The notes under the pieces are model-generated. The model saw only the letters and a program-made list of their open reading frames with translations. It ran no database searches and was not told where the DNA came from. Made by a program: the position numbers and the translations under genes. A stretch of DNA of 56,213 nt, counting the filler, from Dugesia japonica (lineage: Eukaryota): assembly GCA_001938525.1 (NCBI GenBank). It is 4 parts of 4 records of this genome, joined end to end, with 100 filler letters (N's around TTAATTAATTAA, not from the genome) between each part and the next. Parts side by side here need not be neighbours in the genome. Positions count along the whole stretch, not along the records: positions 1 to 28,118 come from MQRL01642257.1; positions 28,219 to 37,702 come from MQRL01196751.1; 2 more parts are not named here. The stretch is one strand, 5' to 3'. Shown here in pieces: positions 25,301 to 37,112 of the stretch; position 1 is the stretch's first letter, and every line of letters starts with the position of its first letter.

Positions 25301-26698
25301 GCTCCCCATACATAAACTTTTGAGCACCCTGGCTATTTTCTATAAAAAATAATATACTGAAATTTAATTTAATTATTACTTGTATATATTTTAATTACTA
25401 TATTAAAAAGCAAGCCAAAAATATTTTTCTTTTAATAGTTTATTTTGTTTAATTTGAATTCTTCCTAATAAATATTGTAATAAATACAAAATCAGTAATT
25501 TATTATTTTTCCAATTAATTTTTTTTTTTGAATTTTTAAATTTTCTTTGCAGTATATTTTGTCTATTTTCTGAAATTTTCAGTCAGTATTATCAAGAGCT
25601 TATTTAATGTTTGAATGAAAATCAATATAGTAATTTTTTAAACTTGTCAAAATTGGGGACCGAAAAAAAACTTCGAGAAAAATACCACGTCAAAAAAATC
25701 AGAGAAGAAAATCCCTACAAGTTTTACAAGAATTATGAGAAAAAAATGACTTAATCTGAAAAAATCTCATTTCATAGGTCACTTATAAAATACATTTCCA
25801 TTTCAATTAAAACAAAATGTATTTTTTGTATAAATTTATTTTTATTATAAAATTTTTAATCATAAAGAAACTTTTATCAATTTCCAATTTCTTTGAATAA
25901 GTAGAAATAATATTTACTGCTGTTCGAAATCGAAATGCATTACATGAGACGAAATGACTGACGTGTTTCACGCAAATATCTTTCAACAAAATTCTATATT
26001 TATGATAATTTCATTACAGAATTCAAACTTCTAATGTTATTTTAAGATTTAATGCCATTAAAATTTCATTATTTTTTATATAATATTGTTTAAATTTTAT
26101 TATTTACACATTGGATTGATTTATACATTTCTTACTAATATTCCTCATCAATAAGAATGGATTTGTTTTCTCAATTAAAACAATGTTCAGAAATAGATGT
26201 TGTTTAAAATTCGTACGCGAAATCATTAATTAATTACCCTCCTAAATAGTATATTACCCTAAATAATTATTTCTCAAACTAACAGATTGTACACTNNNNN
26301 NNNNNNNNNNNNNNNNNNNNNNNNNNNNNNNNNNNNNNNNNNNNNNNNNNNNNNNNNNNNNNNNNNNNNNNNNNNNNNNNNNNNNNNNNNNNNNNNNNNN
26401 NNNNNNNNNNNNNNNNNNNTGCTGACAAGAAGAACATAAAACCTTATTCATACATGCCATTTGGTATGGGTCCACGAAATTGTGTTGGAATGAGATTTGC
26501 TTTATTAGAATCGAAATGGGCAATTGTGAATATATTACAAAAATTTGAAATTGTTCCATGTGCTGAAACTTTGGTAAGTACATGTTCTCAGAAATTATTA
26601 CAAAATTAATAATTATTTAGAATGAAATTAAATTTAAACGAACTGGATTATCTACTCCAACCAAACCAATTTTATTAAAAGTTGTTAAGCGACAGTGA
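7715..26698 (+). CDS. Cytochrome P450, clan 3 (CYP3A-like), 11 exons, about 515-520 aa
   Basis: Manual splicing of exons 7715-7794, 7843-7992, 8039-8135, 10149-10265, 12415-12500, 17608-17756, 17812-17951, 18004-18255, 23123-23364, (start in N gap)26420-26573, 26621-26698. All visible junctions are GT-AG and phase-compatible, with no stops. Motifs: N-terminal TM anchor, GPPPWPYFGN hinge, WERVR C-helix, PTFTSGKLR, AGYETT I-helix, ETLR (ExxR), FDLHR meander, FGMGPRNCVG heme motif. Confidence 0.95.
7843..7992 (+). CDS. CYP exon 2 (YGKSKQNLHIRLGRKGPPPWPYFGN...KYGRIYP)
   Basis: AG at 7841-7842, proline hinge, GT at 7993. Confidence 0.9.
8039..8135 (+). CDS. CYP exon 3 (FYFGNIQTIVVSDEELLKQILIKEAKCFMDRL)
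   Basis: AG/GT boundaries; typical clan-3 D..L.K.ILIK..F.DR segment. Confidence 0.9.
8600..8830 (-). mobile_element. Mariner transposase N-terminal HTH fragment (CYP intron 3)
   Basis: HFRHVLLFLF...AESHKTLEETY...CKFWFAKFKSGDF. Confidence 0.85.
8900..9354 (-). mobile_element. Penelope-like element, GIY-YIG endonuclease remnant
   Basis: ECNRCNVTYIEKTS plus downstream EHNIQC...NFKVLC...CEALII..DPK.NIQ-like remnants. Confidence 0.7.
9355..10030 (+). mobile_element. Penelope-like GIY-YIG remnant, inverted relative to 8900-9354, split by a repeat at about 9550-9870
   Basis: YIGETSRHLYKRIQKH; the interrupting sequence recurs at about 24775-24910. Confidence 0.7.
10149..10265 (+). CDS. CYP exon 4 (...KGKDWERVRNLISPTFTSGKLRK)
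   Basis: WxxxR C-helix and SPTFTSGKL signature; AG/GT boundaries. Confidence 0.93.
10271..10461. repeat. (ATT)n microsatellite with N gap
   Basis: Direct read. Confidence 0.95.
10529..10569 (-). ncRNA. Degenerate minimal hammerhead ribozyme of a Penelope pseudo-LTR
   Basis: Minus strand GCAU + AUGAAGA (C3 lost) + U + GACAG/auauu/CUGUC + GAAA + CAUG + UA + AUAC; followed by tttaaatggcgtt as at about 6700. Confidence 0.65.
10570..11330 (-). mobile_element. Penelope-like element 3' part (GIY-YIG endonuclease)
   Basis: LVYKYKCNRCN...HLFTRNQEH...CEVLMIRSYDPKINVQ, with the hammerhead-bearing tail directly downstream. Confidence 0.75.
11394..12213 (+). mobile_element. hAT-type non-autonomous element ends (direct copies 11394-11512 and 12097-12213; a third end at 12025-12091)
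   Basis: ggaacccctg...ggaaccctagggttc...cacagtttgagaaa(c/t)actg, i.e. a CAGTG/CAGTA-type hAT TIR. Confidence 0.65.
12226..12396. repeat. (ATT)n microsatellite with N gap
   Basis: Direct read. Confidence 0.95.
12415..12500 (+). CDS. CYP exon 5 (MSPLISDGVDLLEKRILEHPYDKPIDFKE)
   Basis: ttcag acceptor, gtatgc donor, phase 0 in and phase 2 out. Confidence 0.85.
12780..14190 (-). mobile_element. Gypsy-type LTR retrotransposon gag plus aspartic protease remnant (CYP intron 5)
   Basis: CYCCGESGHVRTNC zinc knuckle, second CLICG knuckle, AMLWDTDAAVPVM protease-like motif, FVGGMN. Confidence 0.8.
15526..16390. repeat. (AAT)n microsatellite tracts with N gaps
   Basis: Direct read (15526-16100, 16211-16390). 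Confidence 0.95.
17608..17756 (+). CDS. CYP exon 6 (FFGALTMDVIARTMFGMQIDS...)
   Basis: E-helix motif MDVI...FG..DS; gtaagc donor. Confidence 0.93.
17812..17951 (+). CDS. CYP exon 7 (F-G region)
   Basis: Open frame between tttcag and gtgctt, phases compatible. Confidence 0.85.
18004..18255 (+). CDS. CYP exon 8 (I helix, AQSFIFLLAGYETT)
   Basis: AGYETT oxygen-activation motif. Confidence 0.95.
18385..20545 (+). mobile_element. Gypsy LTR retrotransposon 5' half: short LTR, PBS, gag, RT (CYP intron 8)
   Basis: TGTTG(18385)...CAACA(18466), then PBS-like TGGTGACAGCGGT (18467-18479); gag with several CCHC-like knuckles; RT motifs YLDFKQLN, RMPFG, YLDDILIF, FLGH; many stops. Confidence 0.9.
21200..22010 (+). 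mobile_element. Decayed mariner transposase (CYP intron 8)
   Basis: KAMWCVWCDRNGIIHCE and GWELLHH..SP..PTDY remnants of the WW/YSPDLAPSDY motifs. Confidence 0.7.
23123..23364 (+). CDS. CYP exon 9 (K helix ETLR to meander FDLHR)
   Basis: ExxR, IPIYAIH.DP..W.NP.KF. Confidence 0.95.
24306..24420. repeat. 27-bp tandem repeat, about 4 copies
   Basis: tttgtaatatgttattattataaatta repeated. Confidence 0.8.
26420..26573 (+). CDS. CYP exon 10 (heme-binding FGMGPRNCVG); 5' end hidden in N gap
   Basis: PFGxGPRxCxG signature, gtaagt donor at 26574. Confidence 0.95.
26621..26698 (+). CDS. CYP exon 11 (NEIKFKRTGLSTPTKPILLKVVKRQ*)
   Basis: tttag acceptor, TGA at 26696-26698. Confidence 0.88.
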   Translation, partial: NEIKFKRTGLSTPTKPILLKVVKRQ

Positions 26699-26737
26699 AA
26701 GAAATGAATTCTGGATTTTGTTTATTTTTTATTGATT

Positions 26738-26742
26738 AATAA

Positions 26743-26743
<1 letters not shown>
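26738..26743 (+). terminator. Putative polyadenylation signal of the CYP gene
   Basis: AATAAA 40 nt after the stop codon; common by chance in AT-rich DNA. Confidence 0.4.
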
Positions 26744-26792
<49 letters not shown>

Positions 26793-26899
26793 CGATGATT
26801 CGTCAGTATGGGCTACTTGTCAATAGTCAATTTCGTTGGAATTTATTTCGATATAGTGACAGAAGCTTCTCACCCTCTTTTACATATTAGAATCTAATA

Positions 26900-27400
26900 T
26901 TGATTAACGGTATCAAGGATGCAGGAATCCATCTACAAAGGACCAAATATCAGAAGGAAGTTCAAAACCGAGAAAGTAGAATGTTGGAACTGTCACAAAC
27001 TGGGATACATAAGTCGGGAGTACCCAGACAGAATACCTTCTACATGCGAAAGTTTAGGGCATATAAGAAGGCAGTGCAACAAGATAAACTGCGGAAAATG
27101 CAACAAGAATGAACATAAAACCAAAGACTTTTTCACAAAGATGGAGTACAGCAGATGGAACGAATATACTTCCGAATATAAGAGAAATAAGATTTTAAAA
27201 AGCTCTCATTTCGGGGTAGGCATGTTAACATCAATACGGGGGAAGACGATGAGACGAGTAACAAGGAATATGAGGACGACAGATATGAAGACATTATATA
27301 TGATGACAATAGATATGTCGCAAACTTATATGAACCAAAGAGAAACTCAAACGCAGAAGTTCCACTAGCAGGGCAGATGGTGGGAGCGGTAGAACTCAAA
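26900..27400 (+). mobile_element. Gypsy gag zinc-knuckle fragment (related to the 18385-20545 element)
   Basis: VECWNCHKLGY, TCESLGHIRRQC and CGKCNKNEH resemble VECWNCHK and YIRRLC at about 19135-19250. Confidence 0.75.
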
Positions 27401-28118
27401 ATGTAATGGGTAATCTTGAAAAAATCAATATTTTTTAGTAAAAATAGTCATATCAATAATATAGAGGAAGATGTCGAAGAACGATTTTATAATTATTTTA
27501 AGAAAGACATATCACTAATCAAAGAACAAGCGTCAGTGGAACCAACTATCGCAACCGTGGAAGAATGGGGAAATGTGTGATAAGAGAACAACTATCAAAA
27601 TGTAAACAGTGTAATGCGCATAANNNNNNNNNNNNNNNNNNNNNNNNNNNNNNNNNNNNNNNNNNNNNNNNNNNNNNNNNNNNNNNNNNNNNNNNNNNNN
27701 NNNNNNNNNNNNNNNNNNNNNNNNNNNNNNNNNNNNNNNNNNNNNNNNNNNNNNNNNNNNNNNNNNNNNNNNNNNNNNNNNNNNNNNNNNNNNNNNNNNN
27801 NNNNNNNNNNNNNNNNNNNNNNNNNNNNNNNNNNNNNNNNNNNNNNNNNNNNNNNNNNNNNNNNNNNNNNNNNNNNNNNNNNNNNNNNNNNNNNNNNNNN
27901 NNNATCATTTTTATGTTATGACTTTTAATTTTTATTTGACATCATTCGATTGTGACTTTATTTTGATTTTATTTTTATCAATTGTAAAATTTTAATTTAA
28001 AGTTAAGCATGATGTAAAGCTTTTATAAATAGAATAATGAATATTTTTTATGATGTAAAACTTTTATAAATAGAATAATGGATATTTTTATAAATAGAAT
28101 AATGAATATTATAAATAA

Positions 28119-28218
28119 NNNNNNNNNNNNNNNNNNNNNNNNNNNNNNNNNNNNNNNNNNNNTTAATTAATTAANNNNNNNNNNNNNNNNNNNNNNNNNN
28201 NNNNNNNNNNNNNNNNNN
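28119..28218. other. Artificial contig spacer 44N-TTAATTAATTAA-44N
   Basis: Exactly 100 bp, six-frame stop 12-mer, identical at three places. Confidence 0.9.
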
Positions 28219-28499
28219 ATTAAAGAAGAACTGAAAAGACAAAGGAGAATCAAATATGCTACAATGACAATATTACCATCCGTTCTGTTGTAGTATTTCT
28301 TTAAAAGAAATTAATGTATTTATCTTTATAGACTTTTTATAATAAATGTTAACTTAAACAGACTTTTTGCTTTTTCAATATTTCAAAAAAAAATAAAAAA
28401 ATAAATAAAAAAAAAATTTTAAAAAAAGAAAAAATTTAAAAGAAAAAAAAATTTTAAAAACAAATTTTAAAAAAAGTTAAAAAAGAAAATCTTTGATTT

Positions 28500-28925
28500 A
28501 TAATTTTCTTCGTCGGATGGAGAGGTCATGATCTACAAAATTTTTTCTTTGTATATTTGGAAAAATTTTTGAAAAAAAGAATGACTCATGATCATGAAAA
28601 TTATTTCTTTGTTATATACTCTTCTTTGTTAGTGGGGAGGGGTGTCTTGGTTCTGACTTGGAAAATTTTTCGAAAAAATTTATGACGCATCCGATGAGTC
28701 ATTGTCTTTGTTCTACATAACTGATGACTCACCATCATGAGTCATGGTCTTTGTTCAAACCAGCGATGACTCATCACCATGACTCATTTCTTTTTTACTA
28801 AAAATGATGAGTCATATAAATTTTTCAAATTCATTATTTAATTTAATTTAGCTAATTATTATTTGTTAGTAGTTTAAAAGCGACTAATATTTCTTAGTGA
28901 TCTAGTGCGCTACTATCTACCTACT
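28500..28925 (+). mobile_element. Polinton terminal inverted repeat with TGA(G/C)TCA array
   Basis: About 7 TGASTCA, gtctttgttc motifs as in 5101-5560; ends tgatctagtgcgctactatctacctact. Confidence 0.75.
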
Positions 28926-29689
28926 TATTTTAAATAAAAAATTTTATTTAGTTGTTTTCACAGATCAATGGTTAAAATTTTTAAAATAAAAATATTTTAA
29001 GCTATATTTCCACAGCCTAAATGTTATAAAATTTCGCAATTTTAATTTTTTGTTTAAAGTTACTACAACCCACGAAGCTTATCACAAGTGATCCAGAAAC
29101 TTTCAAAATAGCAAATAATAACTTCAAAATTCAAAATTTTATTTAAAGTTTAGAATTTTAGCATGGAGTTAAAAATAAAATGACACATTAAGATAATAGC
29201 AGACCACACATTTTACCATATAAATTAGAAATAACTTAGAAGATATGAAGAGTTTTGCAAATTTGAATGATTCTCAAACAATACGGGGTGGTGAATTATT
29301 CAGTTCTATTTTAACAAATGTTAAATTATTAAACAATTCTAATATTACGCATGATGGAATTTTATATATTTCGTCTCCAAGAATGTTTTGGGGATATGTT
29401 GCAGTCTTATTTTTCAGAATTCTGTGGATAATACTTTTGATTTCAACAACATATTTGAATTCAATATTCGAATATTAAACGTAAAACGAAACAAAGACAA
29501 TGTTTTCTTTCAACTAGAAATTCGTTCGCGAAAAAGGAGAAAACCTCATTTTCTTACATGTATTCACTTCAGATATTCGAAATAGTTATTTTTGTTATTT
29601 CAATAATATAGTTACTTTTCTATAAAAATATCATAAAATATATCTATTAAAAATATTTTTGTTTCATTTTTGCGTACAATTACACATGG

Positions 29690-31200
29690 AGATTTTTCTG
29701 TTGTTGATGGGATGCACGATATTGACTGATTTCTGAACTTATTAATACGATATCTGAGGATATGATGAAGTTCATATCCTCTTAAATTATAAAAGATAAT
29801 TGAATATGCAGTTGTCTACTTAAATTGAATTGGTTGCATGCTTCTCCTCTATATTTATCCGTGAAATGATCGTGATCGCGAAAGGGATCTGTTAATTTCT
29901 TTTTACATAAATAACAAATTCTTGCATCTCTGAATTCAATTTCTTGTTCCTTTGTTATTATTATTTTCTTTTTTCCTCTTGTTTTACATTAAGGAAACAC
30001 AATGTTTTCGCTTATTTCCTCTACAGCCTTTAAGAAATTATACGCACAGTCATCTCCCATAAACTGCCTGTATTTTATTTCGTTAGTAAAATTATTTACG
30101 AACAACAGACCAGTCAAAACAGTTAATGTTTCTGGAAATGCCTTTCCTCTGAAAATAAAACTGACTCAAAGTCAGCGATATCACACAAGTTAGTGTTATC
30201 TTTTTTGAGAAGTCCTTTAAAATTAAGTTCTTCTCCGTTGGCATCGTATACACTTGTCTGGATTTTTTCACAAATTGGTTCATGTTTATCATAAGCTACT
30301 ACATTTTTTGAATCCATCGAGACAGTTAGGACACCATGTTGATTGAATACGAACACTCTGTCTTTTATTATCTTTTATTATCCCGGTTCATTAGACGATT
30401 TTGATTCATTATTGCAGTGTAATGAAATCTGTTGTTATTTTCTAGTAATAAAAGATAGATTTTTTGGCCATCTATCACTTTTTACCGGTGAATTATATCA
30501 AAATTCGAATGTTTCATGACTATTTCATCTTCTTCATCCTCCATTGATTGCTGGTTGTATGACAGGACATTGATGGATAGTCCTGAATTATTTCTTTCAA
30601 ACTTTGATATATCATTAAACTTCACCGGCATTTCCTATTCGTTGAATACAAGGTACGACATGTATTTTTTATATTTTAATATTTGTTGTCTATTAATTTT
30701 TCCAACTTGATCTTTTTTGGTGACAGCAAGAATACTGTAAATAAAACAGTAATTATCATCGTTTTTGATGTTTACAACAACTCTTTTATTTTTTAGATCT
30801 TTTGAATTTGGAATATAACCTTTCCCCGAAAGTCGACAAGTCTGCAACTTTTATGATCTTGAAATTAATTTCCGGTATTCGATTCAACCTCCAACAGGAT
30901 CCTAGTTCCCTATTTATTGTTATTTACTCATTTAATTGGTAGATCCCATCTTCAAAAATGTTATTAGTTAATGCAACAGCTCTATTCAATATTTTACAGC
31001 TTTTTAACTCCACTTCTTTTCCAACGGAAGTTGTTGTTATTCTTTTGAACTCAACATTTATCCTAAATTTGATTTTAACCTGTTTCATTTCTTCTATTGG
31101 CTGAAATACTTTGTTGACCATTGCTTCTGGTAAAATTATTTCACAATTTTATCATGAGACATTTATTTTTAAAACACGTTAACAGCGATTTAAATAAATT
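29690..31200 (-). pseudogene. Polinton pPolB N-terminal half (terminal-protein region, exonuclease, endonuclease VII-like insert)
   Basis: GSCWRLNRI, GKGYIP..DLKNKRVVVNIKNDDNYCFIYSILA, ADFESVL (ExoI), CYLC...RDHDHFTDKYRG (Zn/endoVII), FYNLRGYELHHI (ExoII); frameshifted. Confidence 0.88.
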
Positions 31201-33399
31201 TCTATTATCACACCATCATCAGTAACAATTATTGATCTACTATCTTGCATATTTTCTTCTGCATCTATGAACAGTTGTAATACAATATTCTCTTTGAAAC
31301 TGTTCCAATTCTCTTCTTCTGGTTAATTATTGATTGTTTCTTCTTTTTCTTCAGGTAAAATATTGATAGTTTCATCTTCATCATTTTTAATGATATTATT
31401 GATTGTAATAACTTCCAGTTCTTTTAACTTGATTATCATATTTATTGATGATCGACCTAACTATCTATGCACCCGTCTGTTTAATATTGTTTTTAGTAAA
31501 TATTTTTTTTAGTGAAACTCATCAAGTGGTTCTTATGAGTTTTATAAAAATTTTAAAATTCACTTAATCCTAATAACTTACAAGTAGAGCATAAGAAATA
31601 GTTTTTCCCATAAAATTATTGACCGTAGTATCTTTTCATAATACTATGACAGTCACTGTTATGACTCACACTTGTGCAATGGTTTCTGTACAAGTTGCTA
31701 GTATCTAAAAGAATAATAATTTTAATAACATTAATGCGTAGGTCTATAAAAGCATAGATGTTTCTTCATAAGAGCATAAATTCATGAAAACATAGCACTT
31801 TTCTTCATAAAAGCATGGAAGTTTACTTTGTTATTGTGTAGGAACATGTCATAAATTCATTATATATATATATATATTCGTTTTTTAAAAAAGATAAATT
31901 AATAAAATTCAAAATAAATGATGTGATTCTGCATTCCAAATCATTCTAGATATTTTTTCTTCTTGTGCATCTCTATTTCGCACTTCTGCAACATTTAAAT
32001 TCTAAATTAATTAATTAATTAATAATAACAAATTTACTATATTTATTGTTAAAATAAAACTTCTTTTAATTTGTTTATGTGTAATGTACATTTTAAATCT
32101 AAAAATAGCTAAAAATAATAAACAATAATAATAAATTACTTTTAGCTCTTTTAGTTAACTTAAATTTTAAAATAATTTTTGAATTATGACTTGTTAAGGT
32201 TTTAACAACTATCTAATCAGATGCGAGTATGTATGCATGGCAATCATAATATATAAATTTTATAATTTAGAATATCAAAAACTGGTTTTAAAATAACACA
32301 ACGTAATATGTCTGTAATATTTCAAAATAATTTCGAATAAAATAGACATTACGCTGTGGTATTTTAAATTAATTTTAAAATTTGTTATAATATTTCGTGT
32401 CAAAATAATAAAATAATGCATGTACAAACACATATTTTTCATACGATAAATAACTTTTCTAAAATACAAAAAAATATGTTAATGTTCATTGTTTTATTTT
32501 CATTGTGTTTCATAATATTTCTGCAGGATATCATAGTTGAATTGGTAGTATTCCAGTATTATACATTTTTATGTCGTAAGCATGCATTATACATTGCATG
32601 AGTCTGTAACTATGTAAATATTACACAGTTACTAAGTAAATAATGAAAAAAATAATTCACTGTTACTATGTAAATAAAAATACAAACCGTCTTCACTCTT
32701 AAACCCTTTTTTTTCTTAAACATTCTTTATTCTTAAAGCCTCTTTTTTCTAAAACCCTCTTCTTTCTATTTTCTTTCTCCAACCGTTTGATGATTTCTTG
32801 GCATCTTCTGCTGTGATATCCTTAGCCAAATCTACATTATTATAGTAGCATAAATTTGCAAACATATTGACATTTAAATCAAGAGGAACTATAACAACTT
32901 ATATATATATATAATACAATATCATTTTAAAATATTTTAAGTTTATAACTTACACGAGTATGGAGGTGAAAATCCGCTGTGAAAAACTAGCCCCTTATTG
33001 TCTTCAAGGACTGACACTTCCTGACTCGTTGTGCGATATGATTAATTTACGTGAATATAAGTCGTTTAGATTTGATTTTAAATCCATTTCAGATTATGAA
33101 TTAACAATAATGTTTTCTTTTGCGATTACCATTCGACTGGTTAATATCAATTCAAATCGTTTTAATTATAAATGACCATAATAGACAATTTACTCATTTA
33201 TTGAATTTGCATGATATCGATATAGTTTCGCACATATTTCTGAAGATTTACGATTTTGTTTCAAGTATAGAATAGTTAGTTAATTATTATTTAATCTTTT
33301 TTCTGATCCATACATGTTATTTAATGATTAACGGTAAATGAATTAAATTAAATAAGTAATGAAAATGTTTAATTAAGAAAATTGAATAAATAATTATTT

Positions 33400-35030
33400 A
33401 TGTTTTTGATGGTACTTATTGTCTGATGAAATCGTTCACCGTGTTCGTCACTAATTTTTTCTAAATACTTAAAGAAAAAGCTTAGGTAACACTGCAAGAA
33501 GTGTATTTTTAGCGACATATTAACACCCATTTCTTTGAACGCGTCTATTAATTCAGAAACAGTATTCTGGTATTTTAGGTAACGGGTTTTACCTGTTAAA
33601 AGTAAATATATCTTTATTTAGATATGCTAACAAGAATACTGTAATGCTTGGCTTTCAGGCTTTAAAGCTGTGATGAAGTTTTTGAAAAGGCCTAACTTAA
33701 TATGAAGATCAGGCAATAAGATATTTTGTACGTCAACAACTGCTTTATGCTTTTTATTGGCTTGCCCAGGTGTGCGGTCCACACGGCTTGGCCATTCATT
33801 AATTACATAGTGTTGATCACGTGCCTACTATTCCATAAGCATAGGAAGAAGCAGTATTTGGTGTAACCACCTTGTAATCCTGTCAAGATGCCAATAAACT
33901 TTAGATCTCCGTCAGTATTCCATCGAAATTTATCGTAATGCAATATATCCATAAGATATTTTATGATGTCATATTTTTTCTCTGCCTCCCTGGAATACGC
34001 AATCGGAATGGCAGGAAATTCGTTTTTCTTACGTAGAACAACAGTCTTTACACTAGTTGTGCTGTCATCAATAAATAGGCACGAATCCATGATGACATTA
34101 GATATTATGTTTAGCTTATTCAGCAAACCAGCAATATCGCGACAGTACACAAATCCATGCAGTTCACCTTTTCTAAAAAGCTCAACATACCGCTTATCTC
34201 TTCCTTTATACGAAAATGTTTTAGCATTGATCCAGCTTTAACAACATCTTTATTTGATAACCCTAGTCCACGAACAAAGTCACCTAATTAATGTTGCCTG
34301 ATTTGATTGCAATTATCATTTTCCCATTCATTATTGTTATCATGCGTTAAAGAATCATTCTTATTATTCATGTCAGATATATCACTGTTTGGATAAAGAA
34401 TTATTGTATCATCATCCTTATTATATGGTTTTGGTCTTATTGCTGATAGCAAATCTGGATATTTAATATGCTTTGCTGATCTCTTGTTAAAACCCGATAC
34501 CCTGGTTTGTCAAAAATAGTAATCTTCATAATTATTTTTTGTGCCCTTCAAGCCAACGATGCACTAAACGGTAAGTTACTTATCTTACCTGTTGAAAACA
34601 AGGACAAGTATGAAGAACATTTTCTGCATACAAAATGAGGAGCAAAAGGCTTATCCTGATCACCTAATTTCATTTTTAAATATGTTCTAAATCTATTCTT
34701 TATGACTGCTGTAATTTATGACTGTATTCTTTGAAAACATATTCCCCACAGATGTAACAGAAATGGTTAGGGTCATTGATGCATCACGGGTGCGCCATTT
34801 TATTTGAAATACCTCAAATATGCGATTATTTAAACAATTTTTAAATGACATGATTTTTAATTAATATATATTAATTTAAATTACCATAAATACCAAAAAA
34901 CCTTAAAACACGATTGTCTCAAAAGCCAGATGTGATGGACTATTAAAAGTATACATTTTTGTGATCAGCGTGTCAAGAGGCATAAGGAAATGTTTATGTG
35001 AACTAAGAAAAAATTTGGACCCTTGGCAGT
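33400..35030 (-). mobile_element. Chapaev3-like (CMC superfamily) DNA transposon, decayed transposase from ATG at 34798
   Basis: CINDPNHFCYICG, GDQDKPFAPHFVC, LFIDDS, GDLK...GLQGGYTKYCFFLCLW, LLPDLHIKLGL, SDEHGERFHQ. Confidence 0.8.
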
Positions 35031-35749
35031 TTGATTGAAGTTTAGTTATATGGTTTGAACAAATTCATACACATTAAAATACATATTTAAAAAATTTGAA
35101 AAGATGGAAAAATATATTGATACTACTACCCACGATCATCACCAGACTGAACCACCTATTGTTCACATGGTTTCACACTTAACTTTAATTAATGCAGCTG
35201 ATATCCTCGTTTCATATTAATTTGTTTAATATTTGCATACCACAACCTTTATTTGTACCATTTCATTAGCCCTTTCATCACGCGGTGTCTCTTTCCATTG
35301 CATCGCATTATTTTTCGACTACAACATAATTGATACCCCGCTTCAGTTTATCATCATATGACACCACCACATTTGAGTTCTCTTAATGGAAAATTACAAC
35401 ATCTCTTTATTTTATTTCTCATTGAACGCTATTCGTTCCTAATTGATCATCATTCATCTTTGATTTAATTCTCTTTGAACATCATAATTACAATTTGATT
35501 CATAACTATTAAACTCTGATTTAACATTATTCATTTTGATTACTCATCATAATAGCTTTTTGTTTCATTTCTGTTTGAAAATACTGGTAATTGGATTCGT
35601 TTCTGATTACACATCATTCGTTTAAATTGCATATAGCCTTTTGATTCTTTTCTGTTTGAATCCCACATACTGTTTCGGTTTACTTTAATATTTAATATTT
35701 AATAATTTTAATAAGTCTTTATAAAAACATGTAAAAACATATTTTTATG

Positions 35750-36570
35750 ATTGCATAGGGTTAATGGGTGTATTATTTGCTTGGTAACTTTGTATTATTT
35801 TCATAGCAACCGTGTATTATAGGGTTTATAAATAGTCATCTTGTATTATTTACATAGCAACCATGTATTTTAAGGTTTATGAGTGTTTTATTTGCATAGT
35901 TACCTTGTATAATTGTCATAGCAACCGTGTAATATATAAGGTTTAAAAAGGAAGAGGGTTTATGATTGTATATGATTTATAAGTATAATGGTTTATGAGT
36001 GTGTGACCTTTTCATATAAATAACTAAAATTACTGTATAAATACCTCATAAGTAAATATTTTTATGAGTGTATAGGGTTTATAATTATAGGAAAGATATA
36101 AATAACTTAAAATTACTATATAAATACTTTATAATTAAATATTTCTAGGAATAGGGCTTACGAGTGAGAAACATTTGCATATATATAACCTAAAACTATT
36201 ATAAAAATACCTTATAATTAAATATTTTTATGACTATCTAATGTTTATGAATGCATTATTTACATAGTAACCATGAAATATAAAGTTTGTGAGTATATTA
36301 TTTACATAGCAACCGTGTATTATAGAGTCTATGAGTATATAGGGTTTATAAGTGTATTATTTGCATAGTTACCTTGTATTAGTTACATGGCGACTGTTAA
36401 ATATAGAGTTTGAGTGTATTATTTGCATAGTTACCTTGTATCATTTACATAGCAACCATGTATTATAGGGTTTATGAGTGTATCATTTACATATTTAACT
36501 TGTATTATTGACATAGAAACCGTGTAATACATGGTTTATGAGGGTATTATTTGCATAGTAACCCTGTAAT
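35750..36570 (+). repeat. Array of about 22/64-bp subrepeats; left arm of an inverted repeat
   Basis: tatagggtttatgagtgtattatttgcatagttaccttgtattatttacatagcaaccgtg recurs many times. Confidence 0.8.
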
Positions 36571-36601
36571 ATAATAATATAAGTAAAATAAGTAATATTT
36601 A

Positions 36602-36965
36602 TGTAGTATTAATATTGTAGCTGGTGATATTGATAGCCATTTCTTTCTAGATTTGGTGGATATAAGTAAAGAAAATCTTACGGTATTAATGAAGAAAGAC
36701 GAATTATTAGATACTTTAAACCATAGTAATACATTGAATTCTATTAAGTGTAAAGATGAGAATGAGGAAAAGAAGTATATAGAATGGATATTCTTAGGTC
36801 CAAAACTTTACAGCTTGCTTTCTGAGAAAGAAACAATGAAAACAAAAGACTTAACATTGCAAAATATCTGCATCAGCCATCAAGCATATGTTGACCACTA
36901 CAATTGTGATTAAAAGGTTTCAGTCAAATAATTTTGAATTGTTTCTAAGAATCATCAACTGTTTA
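36602..36965 (+). pseudogene. Polinton pPolB C-terminal fragment
   Basis: CSINIVAGDIDSHFFL...LLDT...KDE...IEWIFLGPKLYSL...SKNHQL; homologous to 3930-4030. Confidence 0.8.
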
Positions 36966-37112
36966 GGTCCAACAATGTGATAGGCTGCATCATTTCTTAA
37001 TTTTTCAATCTTATTTTTCTTTAATTTATTCATAGTTTAGTACATTGTTTACTTTTGTTTTAACTGATTAATTAAATTAATTCCATCAATACCCCACATT
37101 TATTCATTAATT

